This document shows, in pieces, positions 20,561 to 28,286 of a stretch of DNA of 64,000 bases. Made by a program: the position numbers and the translations under genes. Under the pieces are notes generated by a model. The model was not told where the DNA came from. It did no database searches and worked only from the letters and a program-made list of their open reading frames with translations. Each line of letters opens with the position of its first letter. The stretch's first letter is position 1. The stretch covers positions 84,803 to 148,802 of the forward strand of contig JAFSMR010000032.1 in assembly GCA_017447805.1 (NCBI GenBank), read 5' to 3'. The DNA comes from Kiritimatiellia bacterium. Its GTDB lineage: Bacteria; Verrucomicrobiota; Kiritimatiellia; RFP12; UBA1067.

Positions 20561-20860
20561 GTAGCGCGCCGATGCCGCTCACCGCCGCGTTCAGATGTTC
20601 AGAAAGTTCAGATAGTTCAGCCGTTCATTTTAGCATGGAGAACAGGAGAAACAAGAGATTTCTTCAGGTGATTTGCTTTCCCGCGGTGGAATAGTTCTAG
20701 TTTCGTATTGGAGTTGGAGTGTGGAATTGTTAATTTTGTTTAGTTTATTAATTATCGCAGAGGCGCTTAGGCGCTGAGGTTGTTCGGTGGCCAAAGCGTG
20801 GCCGCCGTGGTAGGGCGGCCGCCCCTCAGACCGCCGCCAAAAGAATAGTTAAGAGTTCAC
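20561..20860. repeat. modular intergenic repeat block, left border of the islet (GTTCAG array, CATGGAGAACAGGAG core, GGAATTGTTAATTTT module, GCGCTTAGGCGCTGAGGTTGTT module, GGTAGGGC hairpin)
   Basis: Each module recurs elsewhere in the window, in inverse orientation at 22930-22960, 41043-41216, 52566-52620 and 57500-57590, and in the same orientation for the GGAATTGTTAATTTT module at 28016-28120. Confidence 0.7.
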
Positions 20861-20985
20861 AAATCTCGTCAAAGTACATTTCACTTTCTGACGGGGCTTG
20901 CAACATAGTTTTAGGCCATTTTTCGTTTTCCACCACCCTTTCGGGCGCTATCGCAATGCCTCCTCGGCTTTGTCCAAGCCTCAAA

Positions 20986-21195
20986 AACCAGTGGTTTTTC
21001 GATAATCAAAATCAAATATCCCAAAACAACCGGTTGTTTCCCGATAATCAAAACCGAACGACGGAAATCAACCGGTGGTTTTTCGATATTCAAGACTCAA
21101 TGACGTAAATCAACAGGTTGTTTTTCGATATTGAAAACGCAAAGATGGAAAACAGCCGGTTGTTTTGCAATAATCAAAACTAAATACTGAAAATC
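20986..21195. repeat. tandem array of 5 x 42 bp (conserved ~27-bp core AACCGGTTGTTTTTCGATAATCAAAAC plus ~15-bp variable part)
   Basis: Units lie at 20986, 21028, 21070, 21112 and 21154, with an exact 42-bp period. The core contains the palindrome AACCGGTT. Confidence 0.85.
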
Positions 21196-21218
21196 AACAC
21201 AGTGCGACAAGGGGCAGC

Positions 21219-22034
21219 TTATTGGTGTGATTTTTTAAGATTTTCAATGTGTGATTCACGTTGTTCTTGAGTTACTGATGCATCCCATTCTTGCAAAGCA
21301 CCAATAATATCTTCCACTTCGCGATCTTTTAAAAGAGGCATTGCAAATGACTTTATATATGAAGCAAGTTTTTTAGAATATACCACGCCTTCTGGCATGG
21401 GCGTTTTAAATTCACAATCGCCAGTAAAGGCAATCACGCCGCGAATATACTTTACTGGTATTCCAAGGTTTTCGGATATGGCGCAAATATGACGGTAATT
21501 TTGTCGGATTGGATTCTGAAATGAGTTCTTTATATCAGTAGTATGTTCAACTTCGAAAAATCTTGAGGGCATTTTCCGTTCGTTAAACCAAATTACATCA
21601 ACTGTCTTCGCCCTTCGCAACAATTCTTCATAAGTAAACTGCGGCAATTTTGTAGTGTCAGCTATAGTACCAATGCTCCTGCCAAGGTAAAGGCGATTGC
21701 GGTCTTGCGCAGGGACATAAGTCGTTTGTTTTCGGAATTTACCAATTTCAACAAGCAATCCTTGGTAATATCCATGATTGAATTGTTCTTCGCTTTTTTT
21801 GTCACCGATCTTAAGAGAAAATTTCTGCAAAACTTCATCGCGCATATCTTCCAGAGCCCAAAGGCCAGGTTTAATCTTGAAAATTTCTTTGCTTTTCTGA
21901 ACAATGCGCCGCACGCTTGCTTCAGGCGTTTTCGTATCCCATGAGGAAAAATCTACGATTTCATTCAAACGTCGTAAAGTGGCAAATCCGCCATTGTTGA
22001 GTAATGCTTCAATTACTTGCTGTTTCTGTGTCAT
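21219..22034 (-). CDS. winged-helix plus PD-(D/E)XK / NERD-like nuclease-fold protein
   Basis: The N-terminus (QQVIEALLNNGGFATLRRLNEI) is wHTH-like. VDVIWF...FFEVEH is a D...ExE nuclease-like core. FQNPIRQNYRHI...IRGVIAFTGDCEFKTPMPEGV resembles the NERD C-terminal region. Start ATG 22034 was chosen for its ATGA overlap with the upstream reading frame. Confidence 0.5.
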   Translation of the reverse strand: MTQKQQVIEALLNNGGFATLRRLNEIVDFSSWDTKTPEASVRRIVQKSKEIFKIKPGLWALEDMRDEVLQKFSLKIGDKKSEEQFNHGYYQGLLVEIGKFRKQTTYVPAQDRNRLYLGRSIGTIADTTKLPQFTYEELLRRAKTVDVIWFNERKMPSRFFEVEHTTDIKNSFQNPIRQNYRHICAISENLGIPVKYIRGVIAFTGDCEFKTPMPEGVVYSKKLASYIKSFAMPLLKDREVEDIIGALQEWDASVTQEQRESHIENLKKSHQ

Positions 22035-22317
22035 ATAGCGATTTTCTTCAGTCCTCGTTCTTCGCAAAGCATATCGTAAAGATAAACCGGCCCTTCTCGA
22101 TACAGTGCAGTTTTAGGATTTTCCATCTTCTCAAGCAGTTTCGACTTGTAAACAGCTCCCGTACAAGTCAATAGCAGGAATTTTCCATCTTCTCAAGCAG
22201 TTTCGACTTGTAAACAACATCGGCAGCATCCTGCATTGAGAGTTTCTCGTTGCGCATTGTGTAATCTATTAAATCAGATATTGCTCCATCAAAAAGAAAT
22301 TTCTGCTCCTCATTCAT
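22031..22317 (-). pseudogene. DUF3791-like small gene disrupted by a 62-bp tandem duplication
   Basis: MNEEQKFLFDGAISDLIDYTMRNEKLSMQDAADVVYKSKLLEKMEN runs into a stop at 22168. A 37-bp segment (22118-22154) is repeated at 22180-22216. Removing 62 bp restores a 74-aa ORF ending ...PKTALYREGPVYLYDMLCEERGLKKIAI. Confidence 0.6.
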
Positions 22318-22726
22318 GATAGGCCTCCTTGAACTTTAGGAATTTCACTGCACGTTTTGTATGAAACGAATATTGGACGACTCGCCATTTTCGTGTTTTC
22401 AGTACCTTGAGAATATGTTTGGAAGTAGTAAGCCCCAGTCTGTAGCCTCTCATCAAAGCTCTTATTTTATCATCGGCGACAAAACCAACAACTATGTCAT
22501 AAAGGCTATCTAGATTGTGGTCAAGTGCGCTACGCTCAAAATTTCTGTTTGCTATGACAAACGAAACCCAGTCCATATCCATCTCTTCAAACCGGCGGAT
22601 TTTTGCAAAATCCTGCTCGGAAATCTTATCTTTATCGGAAATCGGATAGTTATACCACCCGCGCCATTTCGCAAGCTGCCCCTTCTTATAGGTCCCTATC
22701 AAGACCACTCTATCATTCTCTGCCAT
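22310..22726 (-). CDS. DUF3990-like protein (C-terminal half only) with an unrelated N-terminus
   Basis: WVSFVIANRN...YDIVVGFVADDKI...QYSFHTKRAVKFLKF matches my recollection of the DUF3990 C-terminal half. The start is MAENDRVV (ATG 22726). The longer track ORF upstream translates repeat DNA. Confidence 0.55.
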   Translation of the reverse strand: MAENDRVVLIGTYKKGQLAKWRGWYNYPISDKDKISEQDFAKIRRFEEMDMDWVSFVIANRNFERSALDHNLDSLYDIVVGFVADDKIRALMRGYRLGLTTSKHILKVLKTRKWRVVQYSFHTKRAVKFLKFKEAYHE

Positions 22727-22760
22727 AACGATAAATTCTATTGTTGATTGTTTGCCCGAT

Positions 22761-22769
22761 ATTATACCA
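22761..22769 (-). promoter_or_regulatory. extended -10 element (TGGTATAAT on the minus strand) for the islet operon
   Basis: The reverse complement reads ATTTGGTATAAT, about 35 nt upstream of ATG 22726. Confidence 0.35.
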
Positions 22770-22779
22770 AATCCGGCGC

Positions 22780-23050
22780 CAGGGCGCAAGGGGCGCTGCT
22801 TGCGCCGCGCACTGCGGTGGAAGGTAGCGTCAGAATTTTGACGGTGGTTTCGACCGTGGTCGAAGGTAGCGTCAAAATTTTGACGGTACTTGCAACCGCG
22901 GCGGCGGTGAGCGGGGCGGCACGCCCTACCTGAACATCTGAACATCTGAACTATCTGAACGCGGCGAAGCCGCCCTGAACGCGCCGAAGGCGCCCTGAAC
23001 ATCTGAACGGCGCGAAGCGCCCTGAACGCGCCGAAGGCGCCGGTGGCGCA
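22780..23050. repeat. modular repeat block, right border of the islet (2 x 42-bp palindrome units, CTGAAC array, GC hairpins with GAAG loops)
   Basis: GAAGGTAGCGTCARAATTTTGACGG occurs at 22820 and 22862. CTGAACATCTGAACATCTGAACTATCTGAAC lies at 22930-22960. Hairpins GCGGCGAAGCCGCC, GCGCCGAAGGCGCC and GGCGCGAAGCGCC follow. Confidence 0.75.
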
Positions 23051-23053
23051 GGA

Positions 23054-23092
23054 GAAAAAAGAAGCGCAGCTTAACAAGCCGCGCTTCTTTTT
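23054..23092 (-). terminator. rho-independent terminator downstream of rplL
   Basis: The minus strand reads AAGAAGCGCGGC-TTGTTAA-GCTGCGCTTCTTTTTTC, a GC-rich stem followed by a T-run. Confidence 0.7.
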
Positions 23093-23109
23093 CGCATATA
23101 CCAAGCGAA

Positions 23110-23475
23110 TTACTTGACTTCGACAGTCGCGCCAGCCTTCTTGAGCTGTTCGGCGATCTTCTCTGCTTCGTCCTTGGCGATGGCTTCCTTGACTTTCTTA
23201 GGAGCACCATCAACGAGGTCCTTCGCGTCCTTGAGGCCGAGACCCGTGATTGCGCGGATTTCCTTGATGACCGCAATCTTGTTCGCGCCGGCAGCGGCGA
23301 GGATTACGTCGAACTCGGTCTTTTCTTCAGCAGCGGCAGCAGCGCCACCTGCAGGAGCAACTGCGACAGCAGCAGCGGCGCTTACGCCCCAAGCTTCTTC
23401 GAGTGCCTTAACGAGTTCATTGATTTCAAGAACAGTCTTGCCAGAGAGTTCCTTGATGATTTCTTCGTTCGTCAT
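23110..23475 (-). CDS. rplL: 50S ribosomal protein L7/L12
   Basis: 121 aa with an Ala-rich hinge and the [11 protein letters not shown]-terminus. Confidence 0.97.
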   Translation of the reverse strand: MTNEEIIKELSGKTVLEINELVKALEEAWGVSAAAAVAVAPAGGAAAAAEEKTEFDVILAAAGANKIAVIKEIRAITGLGLKDAKDLVDGAPKKVKEAIAKDEAEKIAEQLKKAGATVEVK

Positions 23476-23537
23476 TTTCTTGTTCCTTTTTTACTTGTCA
23501 ACCTTCAGCGTATTTCATCTGAAGGAAATTGTTTTTG

Positions 23538-24068
23538 TTATGCCTGAGCGGGCGCTTCGGCCGCGCTAGTCGCCTCGCCACCTTCCTTCTTTGCCTTTTC
23601 GGATAGTACGCGCGCGAGTCTCGTAGCAGGCTCTTTGAGAAGCATGAGGAGCGTCGCACGGAGCTGATCTTTGCCAGGTACCTTCGAGAGAGCTTCGACC
23701 ATCGCCGCATCGACAATCTTGTTGTCGTAATCGGCGCCCTTGACCGAGGCCTTGCCGGCAAGTTCCTTGTCGTTTACGAAATCCATAATGGCTTTCGCAA
23801 CGGCTGTCGGTTCGCCGTGACCTGTTACGACGGCTGTAGGACCCGAGAGCATCGCGTTGACTTCATCGCTCCAACCCTTTTCCTTCGCGACCTTGGCGAG
23901 GTAGGTATTCTTTACGACGAGCAAACGGCTATCGAGCTTTCTCAAATCGGCGCGGAGCTTAGCCATCTTGGCGACGCTGGCGCCACCGTAGTTAAGAATG
24001 AAGCAGTAATCGGAATCTTTGACTCGATCTACGACTTCAGAGAGGATTGCAATCTTTTCTATTCTCAT
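23538..24068 (-). CDS. rplJ: 50S ribosomal protein L10
   Basis: 176 aa. The call rests on its position between rplA and rplL and on an L10-like sequence. Confidence 0.9.
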   Translation of the reverse strand: MRIEKIAILSEVVDRVKDSDYCFILNYGGASVAKMAKLRADLRKLDSRLLVVKNTYLAKVAKEKGWSDEVNAMLSGPTAVVTGHGEPTAVAKAIMDFVNDKELAGKASVKGADYDNKIVDAAMVEALSKVPGKDQLRATLLMLLKEPATRLARVLSEKAKKEGGEATSAAEAPAQA

Positions 24069-24084
24069 TTCAATCTACCCCCTA

Positions 24085-24780
24085 TTATTCGGCGTCAGTG
24101 GAAGAAACAAGCACCGGAACGCTTACGCCCATGGTCGAGGAAATCGACATCGACTTGATGAAGACGCCCTTGACATTGGCTGGTTTCGCGGAATTTACTG
24201 CCGAGACGATCGCCTTGATGTTGCCAATCAAAGCGGCAGGTTCGAAGCTGCGCTTGCCGGCGATAACAGCGAGGTTGCCGGTCTTATCCATACGGAAATC
24301 GACCTTGCCGCCCTTGGCTTCCTTTACCGCAGTAGCAGTATCATCGGTAACAGTGCCGGTCTTCGGGTTAGGCATCAAGCCACGCGGGCCGAGCACGCGA
24401 GCGCACTTACGGACTTCCTTCATGGCTTCGACTGTAGCGATAGCGACGTCGAAATCGCACCAACCTTCCTTGACTACCTTCTCGACGAGATCCGACATAC
24501 CTACGAAATCGGCGCCGGCCGCCTTCGCGGCATCCGCCTGTTCACCACCGGCGAACACGGCGACCTTGACGGTCTTGCCTGAGCCATTAGGAAGTTTAAC
24601 TACGCCACGAACAGCAGTATCGCCCTTCGTGAGTTCCTTGCCGAGGTGGAAATACACATCGACTGTTTCATCGAACTTCGCGCCTGCGTTGGCCTTTACG
24701 AACTTCACCGCTTCTTCGAGCGTGACTTCGTTCTTGGGAGCTTTCTTCAGAGCGTTGAAATATTTCTTGCCGTGCTTCAT
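24085..24780 (-). CDS. rplA: 50S ribosomal protein L1
   Basis: 231 aa, with [15 protein letters not shown]. Confidence 0.95.
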   Translation of the reverse strand: MKHGKKYFNALKKAPKNEVTLEEAVKFVKANAGAKFDETVDVYFHLGKELTKGDTAVRGVVKLPNGSGKTVKVAVFAGGEQADAAKAAGADFVGMSDLVEKVVKEGWCDFDVAIATVEAMKEVRKCARVLGPRGLMPNPKTGTVTDDTATAVKEAKGGKVDFRMDKTGNLAVIAGKRSFEPAALIGNIKAIVSAVNSAKPANVKGVFIKSMSISSTMGVSVPVLVSSTDAE

Positions 24781-25202
24781 TCGACCACCTCGATTCCCAT
24801 ATTGCGAGCCGTGCCGGCAATCATCTTGATAGCCTGCTCAGGGTCTTCGGTATTGAGATCGGCCTTCTTCATTTCTACAATCTTGAGAAGCTGGGCCTTG
24901 GTAACCTTGCCGACCTTGTTCTTGTTAGGTACGCCGGAACCTTTAGCAAGTCCCGCTTCCTTCTTCAGAAGAACGCTTGCAGGCGGCGACTTGAACTGCA
25001 ACGAGAAGCTACGGTCCTGATACACCGTAATGATTACCGGAATTACGAGACCGGCATCCTTAGCCGTCTTCGCATTGAACTCCTTGCAGAACTGCATGAT
25101 GTTGACACCTGCAGAACCGAGCGCGGGACCCACTGGAGGCGCTGGATTTGCAGCACCCGCAGGAATCTGGAGCTTTACCACGCCAGTGACCTTCTTGGCC
25201 AT
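24777..25202 (-). CDS. rplK: 50S ribosomal protein L11
   Basis: 141 aa, with [16 protein letters not shown]. Confidence 0.97.
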   Translation of the reverse strand: MAKKVTGVVKLQIPAGAANPAPPVGPALGSAGVNIMQFCKEFNAKTAKDAGLVIPVIITVYQDRSFSLQFKSPPASVLLKKEAGLAKGSGVPNKNKVGKVTKAQLLKIVEMKKADLNTEDPEQAIKMIAGTARNMGIEVVE

Positions 25203-25274
25203 TTTCCTTTTTCCTTTCGTGCGGCTCCTCCCGGGGATCCTGCCCGGTTGTAACGGACCGCAAATACCTATCGA

Positions 25275-25883
25275 TTACGGCTTCAGCGGCTCGAAAGTCT
25301 CTTCGATTGCGACTTTCTCCACCTGCCAGCTCTCGACGTCGACTTGGACCTTGCGATTGAAGATGTTCACTTCAACCTTGAGTTTATCCTTGTCGGGATC
25401 AACCATTGAAACTTGGCCCATCAAACCCATGAATGCGCCATCGATAATCTTAACTGTTTCGTCAACAGAAAATTGAACTTTATTTCTTGTGCCGCCCATG
25501 CCGGTCGTAGGCTTATCTGTAAGAATCGCATCGATTTCCGCCTGCGATAGCGGGACGGGCCTTTCGCCACCCACGAAGCCGACAACGCCGGCCGTGCCTC
25601 TCAAGAATTGCCACGTTCTTTCGTATATTGCCTTGCGACCATGCTCGTCTGTGCCCTTGGATTCATCATAAAGGGCAAGTTCGACAAGAACGTAACCTGG
25701 GAATATCTTCTTTGTAGTCGTGCGCTTGCGGCCATCTTTCTTTTCGACGACCTTCTCGGTAGGCACTATACACCTGCCGACATAGTCCTCCATTCTCTCG
25801 AGAGAAATTCGCGCAAGTATATTCCTCTGAGCCTTATTTTCCTGGCCAGTCAGTGTATGGAGAACGAACCACTGCTTTTGCAT
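25275..25883 (-). CDS. nusG: transcription termination/antitermination factor NusG
   Basis: WFVLHTLTGQENK NGN start and a C-terminal KOW domain (VKIIDGAFMGLMGQV). Confidence 0.93.
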   Translation of the reverse strand: MQKQWFVLHTLTGQENKAQRNILARISLERMEDYVGRCIVPTEKVVEKKDGRKRTTTKKIFPGYVLVELALYDESKGTDEHGRKAIYERTWQFLRGTAGVVGFVGGERPVPLSQAEIDAILTDKPTTGMGGTRNKVQFSVDETVKIIDGAFMGLMGQVSMVDPDKDKLKVEVNIFNRKVQVDVESWQVEKVAIEETFEPLKP

Positions 25884-25902
25884 ATCGAAAATTCCTCTTC
25901 CC

Positions 25903-26097
25903 TTAGATTGCCTTTACTGCATCGAGGCAAACCTTGATTGCCTTATCGAATACGCAAGTAGCCACCGCAAGAATGAAAATGAATGAAATGACGACAAGCG
26001 TCGATTCCCAAAGCTCACGTTTGCCCGGCCATGTGACGCGTTTGGATTCCGCCGCCACGCCCGTTAGATAACTTTTAACTTTGCTAAAAAAACTCAT
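25903..26097 (-). CDS. secE: preprotein translocase subunit SecE
   Basis: 64 aa with a single TM, KRVTWPGKRE, in the conserved position upstream of nusG. Confidence 0.88.
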   Translation of the reverse strand: MSFFSKVKSYLTGVAAESKRVTWPGKRELWESTLVVISFIFILAVATCVFDKAIKVCLDAVKAI

Positions 26098-26123
26098 TTT
26101 CGTCTACCTATTTACTTCTCGCT

Positions 26124-26197
26124 TGGCAGGGTAGGAGGGAATCGAACCCCCATAGGCGGTTTTGGAGACCGCTGCACTGCCATTGTGCTACTACCCT
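26124..26197 (-). tRNA. trnW: tRNA-Trp (anticodon CCA)
   Basis: I folded the cloverleaf by hand. Acceptor AGGGTAG/CTACCCT, anticodon stem GCGGT/ACCGC with loop CTCCAAA, T-loop TTCGATT, and an encoded CCA end. Total 74 nt. Confidence 0.9.
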
Positions 26198-26211
26198 AAC
26201 GCGGACCATTT

Positions 26212-26361
26212 TTACTTGGTCTCTTTGTGTGTTGTATGCTTACGGCAGCTGGGGCAGAACTTCACCTTCTCAAGACGCTCGGTAGTCGTCTTTTTATTCC
26301 TGGTGGTGTTGTAGTTGCGCCTCTTGCACTCACCGCATGCCAATATCGCGATATCACGCAT
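26212..26361 (-). CDS. rpmG: 50S ribosomal protein L33
   Basis: My translation is [49 protein letters not shown] (49 aa, CxxC...CxxC). It is below the ORF-track length cutoff. Confidence 0.85.
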   Translation of the reverse strand: MRDIAILACGECKRRNYNTTRNKKTTTERLEKVKFCPSCRKHTTHKETK

Positions 26362-26470
26362 TTTGAATCATCCTTCGTCTTCTTATCGAGTTTTCAGGAG
26401 CCCATCCGCCGTCTCAAGGCCACTCACGCCTTGGCCGGCGGGCGGGCTCGCTCACAGAAGACTTTTATCT

Positions 26471-27682
26471 TTACTTGATGACCTTCGAAACCGTGCCGGC
26501 GCCGACCGTGCGGCCACCTTCGCGGATTGCGAAGCGCATCTTCTCTTCGAGAGCTACGGGAGCGATGAGCTTGACCGTGATCTCAACATTGTCGCCAGGC
26601 ATAACCATTTCAACGCCTTCGGGGAGCTGAATGTCGCCCGTCACATCCGTGGTACGGATATAGAACTGAGGACGATAGCCCTTCATGAACGCAGTGTGAC
26701 GGCCGCCTTCTTCCTTCGTGAGGACGTAGACCTGACCGGAGAATTCGGTGTGAGGAGTGATGGAGCCGGGCTTGGCGAGAACCTGACCACGAGCGACATC
26801 TTCCTTCTTCGTGCCACGAAGAAGCGTACCGATGTTATCACCGGCCTGGCCCTGATCGAGGAGCTTACGGAACATTTCGACGCCAGTGACAGCGGTCTTG
26901 GCGGTCGGCTTGAGACCGACGATTTCGACTTCATCGCCAACCTTGACGATACCACGCTCGACACGGCCGGTAACGACTGTACCACGACCTTCGATCGAGA
27001 AGATATCTTCGATAGGCATGAGGAAGGGCTTATCGAGTTCACGCTCGGGCTCTGGGATGTAGCTATCGAGAGCATCCATGAGCTCGCCAATGCAAGCGCA
27101 AGCGGCGTCATCCGCGCTGGCGGCCTGAGTTGCAGGATATGCCGCGCCACGGATTACAGGAGCGTTATCGCCATCATAATCATACTTGGAAAGCAGTTCG
27201 CGAACTTCCATTTCGACGAGGTCGAGCATTTCAGGATCATCGACGAGGTCGCACTTGTTGAGGAAGACAACGATTTTCGGTACGCCAACCTGACGGGCGA
27301 GAAGCACGTGCTCGCGGGTCTGGGGCATCGGGCCATCGACTGCGGAAACTACGAGAATTGCGCCATCCATCTGAGCAGCGCCGGTAATCATGTTCTTAAC
27401 GTAGTCAGCGTGGCCGGGGCAGTCAACATGCGCATAGTGGCGGTTGGCTGTAGCGTATTCAACGTGCGAAGAAGCAATCGTAAGAATCTTGGTTGCATCG
27501 CGGCGGCCTGCAGATTCAGAAGCCTTGGCGACCTGATCGTACTTGATTTCTTCGCAGAGTCCCTTGAGAGACTGTACGTGTGTAATTGCGGCCGTAAGAG
27601 TGGTCTTACCATGGTCGACATGGCCGATTGTGCCGACGTTCACGTGTGGCTTACCGCCACGATCGAATGTTTCCTTTGCCAT
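26471..27682 (-). CDS. tuf: elongation factor Tu
   Basis: [36 protein letters not shown] and NKCD motifs. The start is set at MAKETF (ATG 27682) rather than the longer track ORF. Confidence 0.95.
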   Translation of the reverse strand: MAKETFDRGGKPHVNVGTIGHVDHGKTTLTAAITHVQSLKGLCEEIKYDQVAKASESAGRRDATKILTIASSHVEYATANRHYAHVDCPGHADYVKNMITGAAQMDGAILVVSAVDGPMPQTREHVLLARQVGVPKIVVFLNKCDLVDDPEMLDLVEMEVRELLSKYDYDGDNAPVIRGAAYPATQAASADDAACACIGELMDALDSYIPEPERELDKPFLMPIEDIFSIEGRGTVVTGRVERGIVKVGDEVEIVGLKPTAKTAVTGVEMFRKLLDQGQAGDNIGTLLRGTKKEDVARGQVLAKPGSITPHTEFSGQVYVLTKEEGGRHTAFMKGYRPQFYIRTTDVTGDIQLPEGVEMVMPGDNVEITVKLIAPVALEEKMRFAIREGGRTVGAGTVSKVIK

Positions 27683-27735
27683 TTTATGGGCTCCTGTGAG
27701 TTTTTCGTTTCTCTTTCCTTCGTCTCGCACTTTAC

Positions 27736-27811
<76 letters not shown>

Positions 27812-27835
27812 CTTTTCCGGCACGAAAACTCGCAA

Positions 27836-27844
27836 ATTATATCA
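27836..27844 (-). promoter_or_regulatory. extended -10 element (TGATATAAT on the minus strand) for the tRNA-Thr/tuf operon
   Basis: The reverse complement reads AAAATATGATATAAT, about 25 nt upstream of the tRNA-Thr 5' end. Confidence 0.4.
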
Positions 27845-28015
27845 TATTTTATCACCTTCGCGCAAGGGGGTATTTTTAGTATTCGCGTTTTTTTGCCTTC
27901 TCTTGACCTCAGAAAAGGTGGAATTATCGGCATTTATTTAGAAATAAATATCAATAATTTAGCAATTTTCTGTAATTATCGATAAAACGCGGCATTCGCG
28001 GGTATTGCTCGGCTC

Positions 28016-28120
28016 CTAGCTACCGCACGGCGGCCACGGGGTGGCCGCCCTACCCAGCGGCCGTAGTTGTAGTTTGTAGTTGTAGTTGGAATTGTAGCCG
28101 GAAAGTGGAATTGTTAATTT
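28016..28120. repeat. modular repeat block (GC hairpin GGCGGCCACGGGGTGGCCGCC, TTGTAG word array, GGAATTGTTAATTTT module)
   Basis: GTAGTTGTAGTTTGTAGTTGTAGTTGGAATTGTAG...GTGGAATTGTTAATTTTTT shares the AAAATTAACAATTCCAC module (as reverse complement) with 20700-20740. Confidence 0.6.
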
Positions 28121-28150
28121 TTTGGGCTTGGCCGCGCTTGTCGCGGCATT

Positions 28151-28212
28151 TTCTAGATATTCAAGCAACTCTAGAAATTCTAGGTTTCTAGATTTGCTTG
28201 AATATCTAGAAC
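28151..28212. promoter_or_regulatory. 62-bp nested palindrome rich in TCTAGA
   Basis: Perfect 18-bp arms TTCTAGATATTCAAGCAA (28151-28168) and TTGCTTGAATATCTAGAA (28195-28212) enclose a second palindrome, CTAGAAATTCTAG. It lies ~60 bp upstream of a TATAAT box. Confidence 0.75.
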
Positions 28213-28286
28213 TAACGACTTTCGATGGCGCCTTCGGCGCGCGCCGCTTGCATCGCGCCGGAAAATTTGTTATAATTCGCGCCATA

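Noticed and set aside
20911-21093. 60-aa minus-strand ORF
   Set aside because: Its translation (IEKPPVDF / IGKQPVVL / IEKPLVF) only mirrors the 42-bp DNA periodicity. There is no SD and no plausible start context.
20986-21195. CRISPR array hypothesis for the 5 x 42-bp repeats
   Set aside because: The variable segments are only ~15 bp, the conserved cores are imperfect, and no cas genes or leader are nearby. I report it as a tandem/iteron-like repeat instead.
22727-23104. N-terminal 126 aa of the 264-aa track ORF (22310-23104)
   Set aside because: That part translates the CTGAAC/hairpin repeat block (Arg/Ala/Phe-rich nonsense) and crosses a promoter-like box. The coding region most plausibly starts at ATG 22726.
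27683-27730. Longer N-termini proposed by the ORF track for tuf (and likewise rodA 46191, cysE 3724, lpxK 51306, rubredoxin 41224, mreD 43986, 28122)
   Set aside because: The extensions overlap upstream genes or tRNAs, or translate repeat DNA. The internal starts reproduce canonical N-termini and ATGA coupling.
27820-27836. sigma-54-like CGGCACGAAAACTCGCA next to tRNA-Thr
   Set aside because: The spacing is one nt too long and both consensus elements are degenerate. A good sigma-70-type TGATATAAT box explains this promoter region on the opposite strand.
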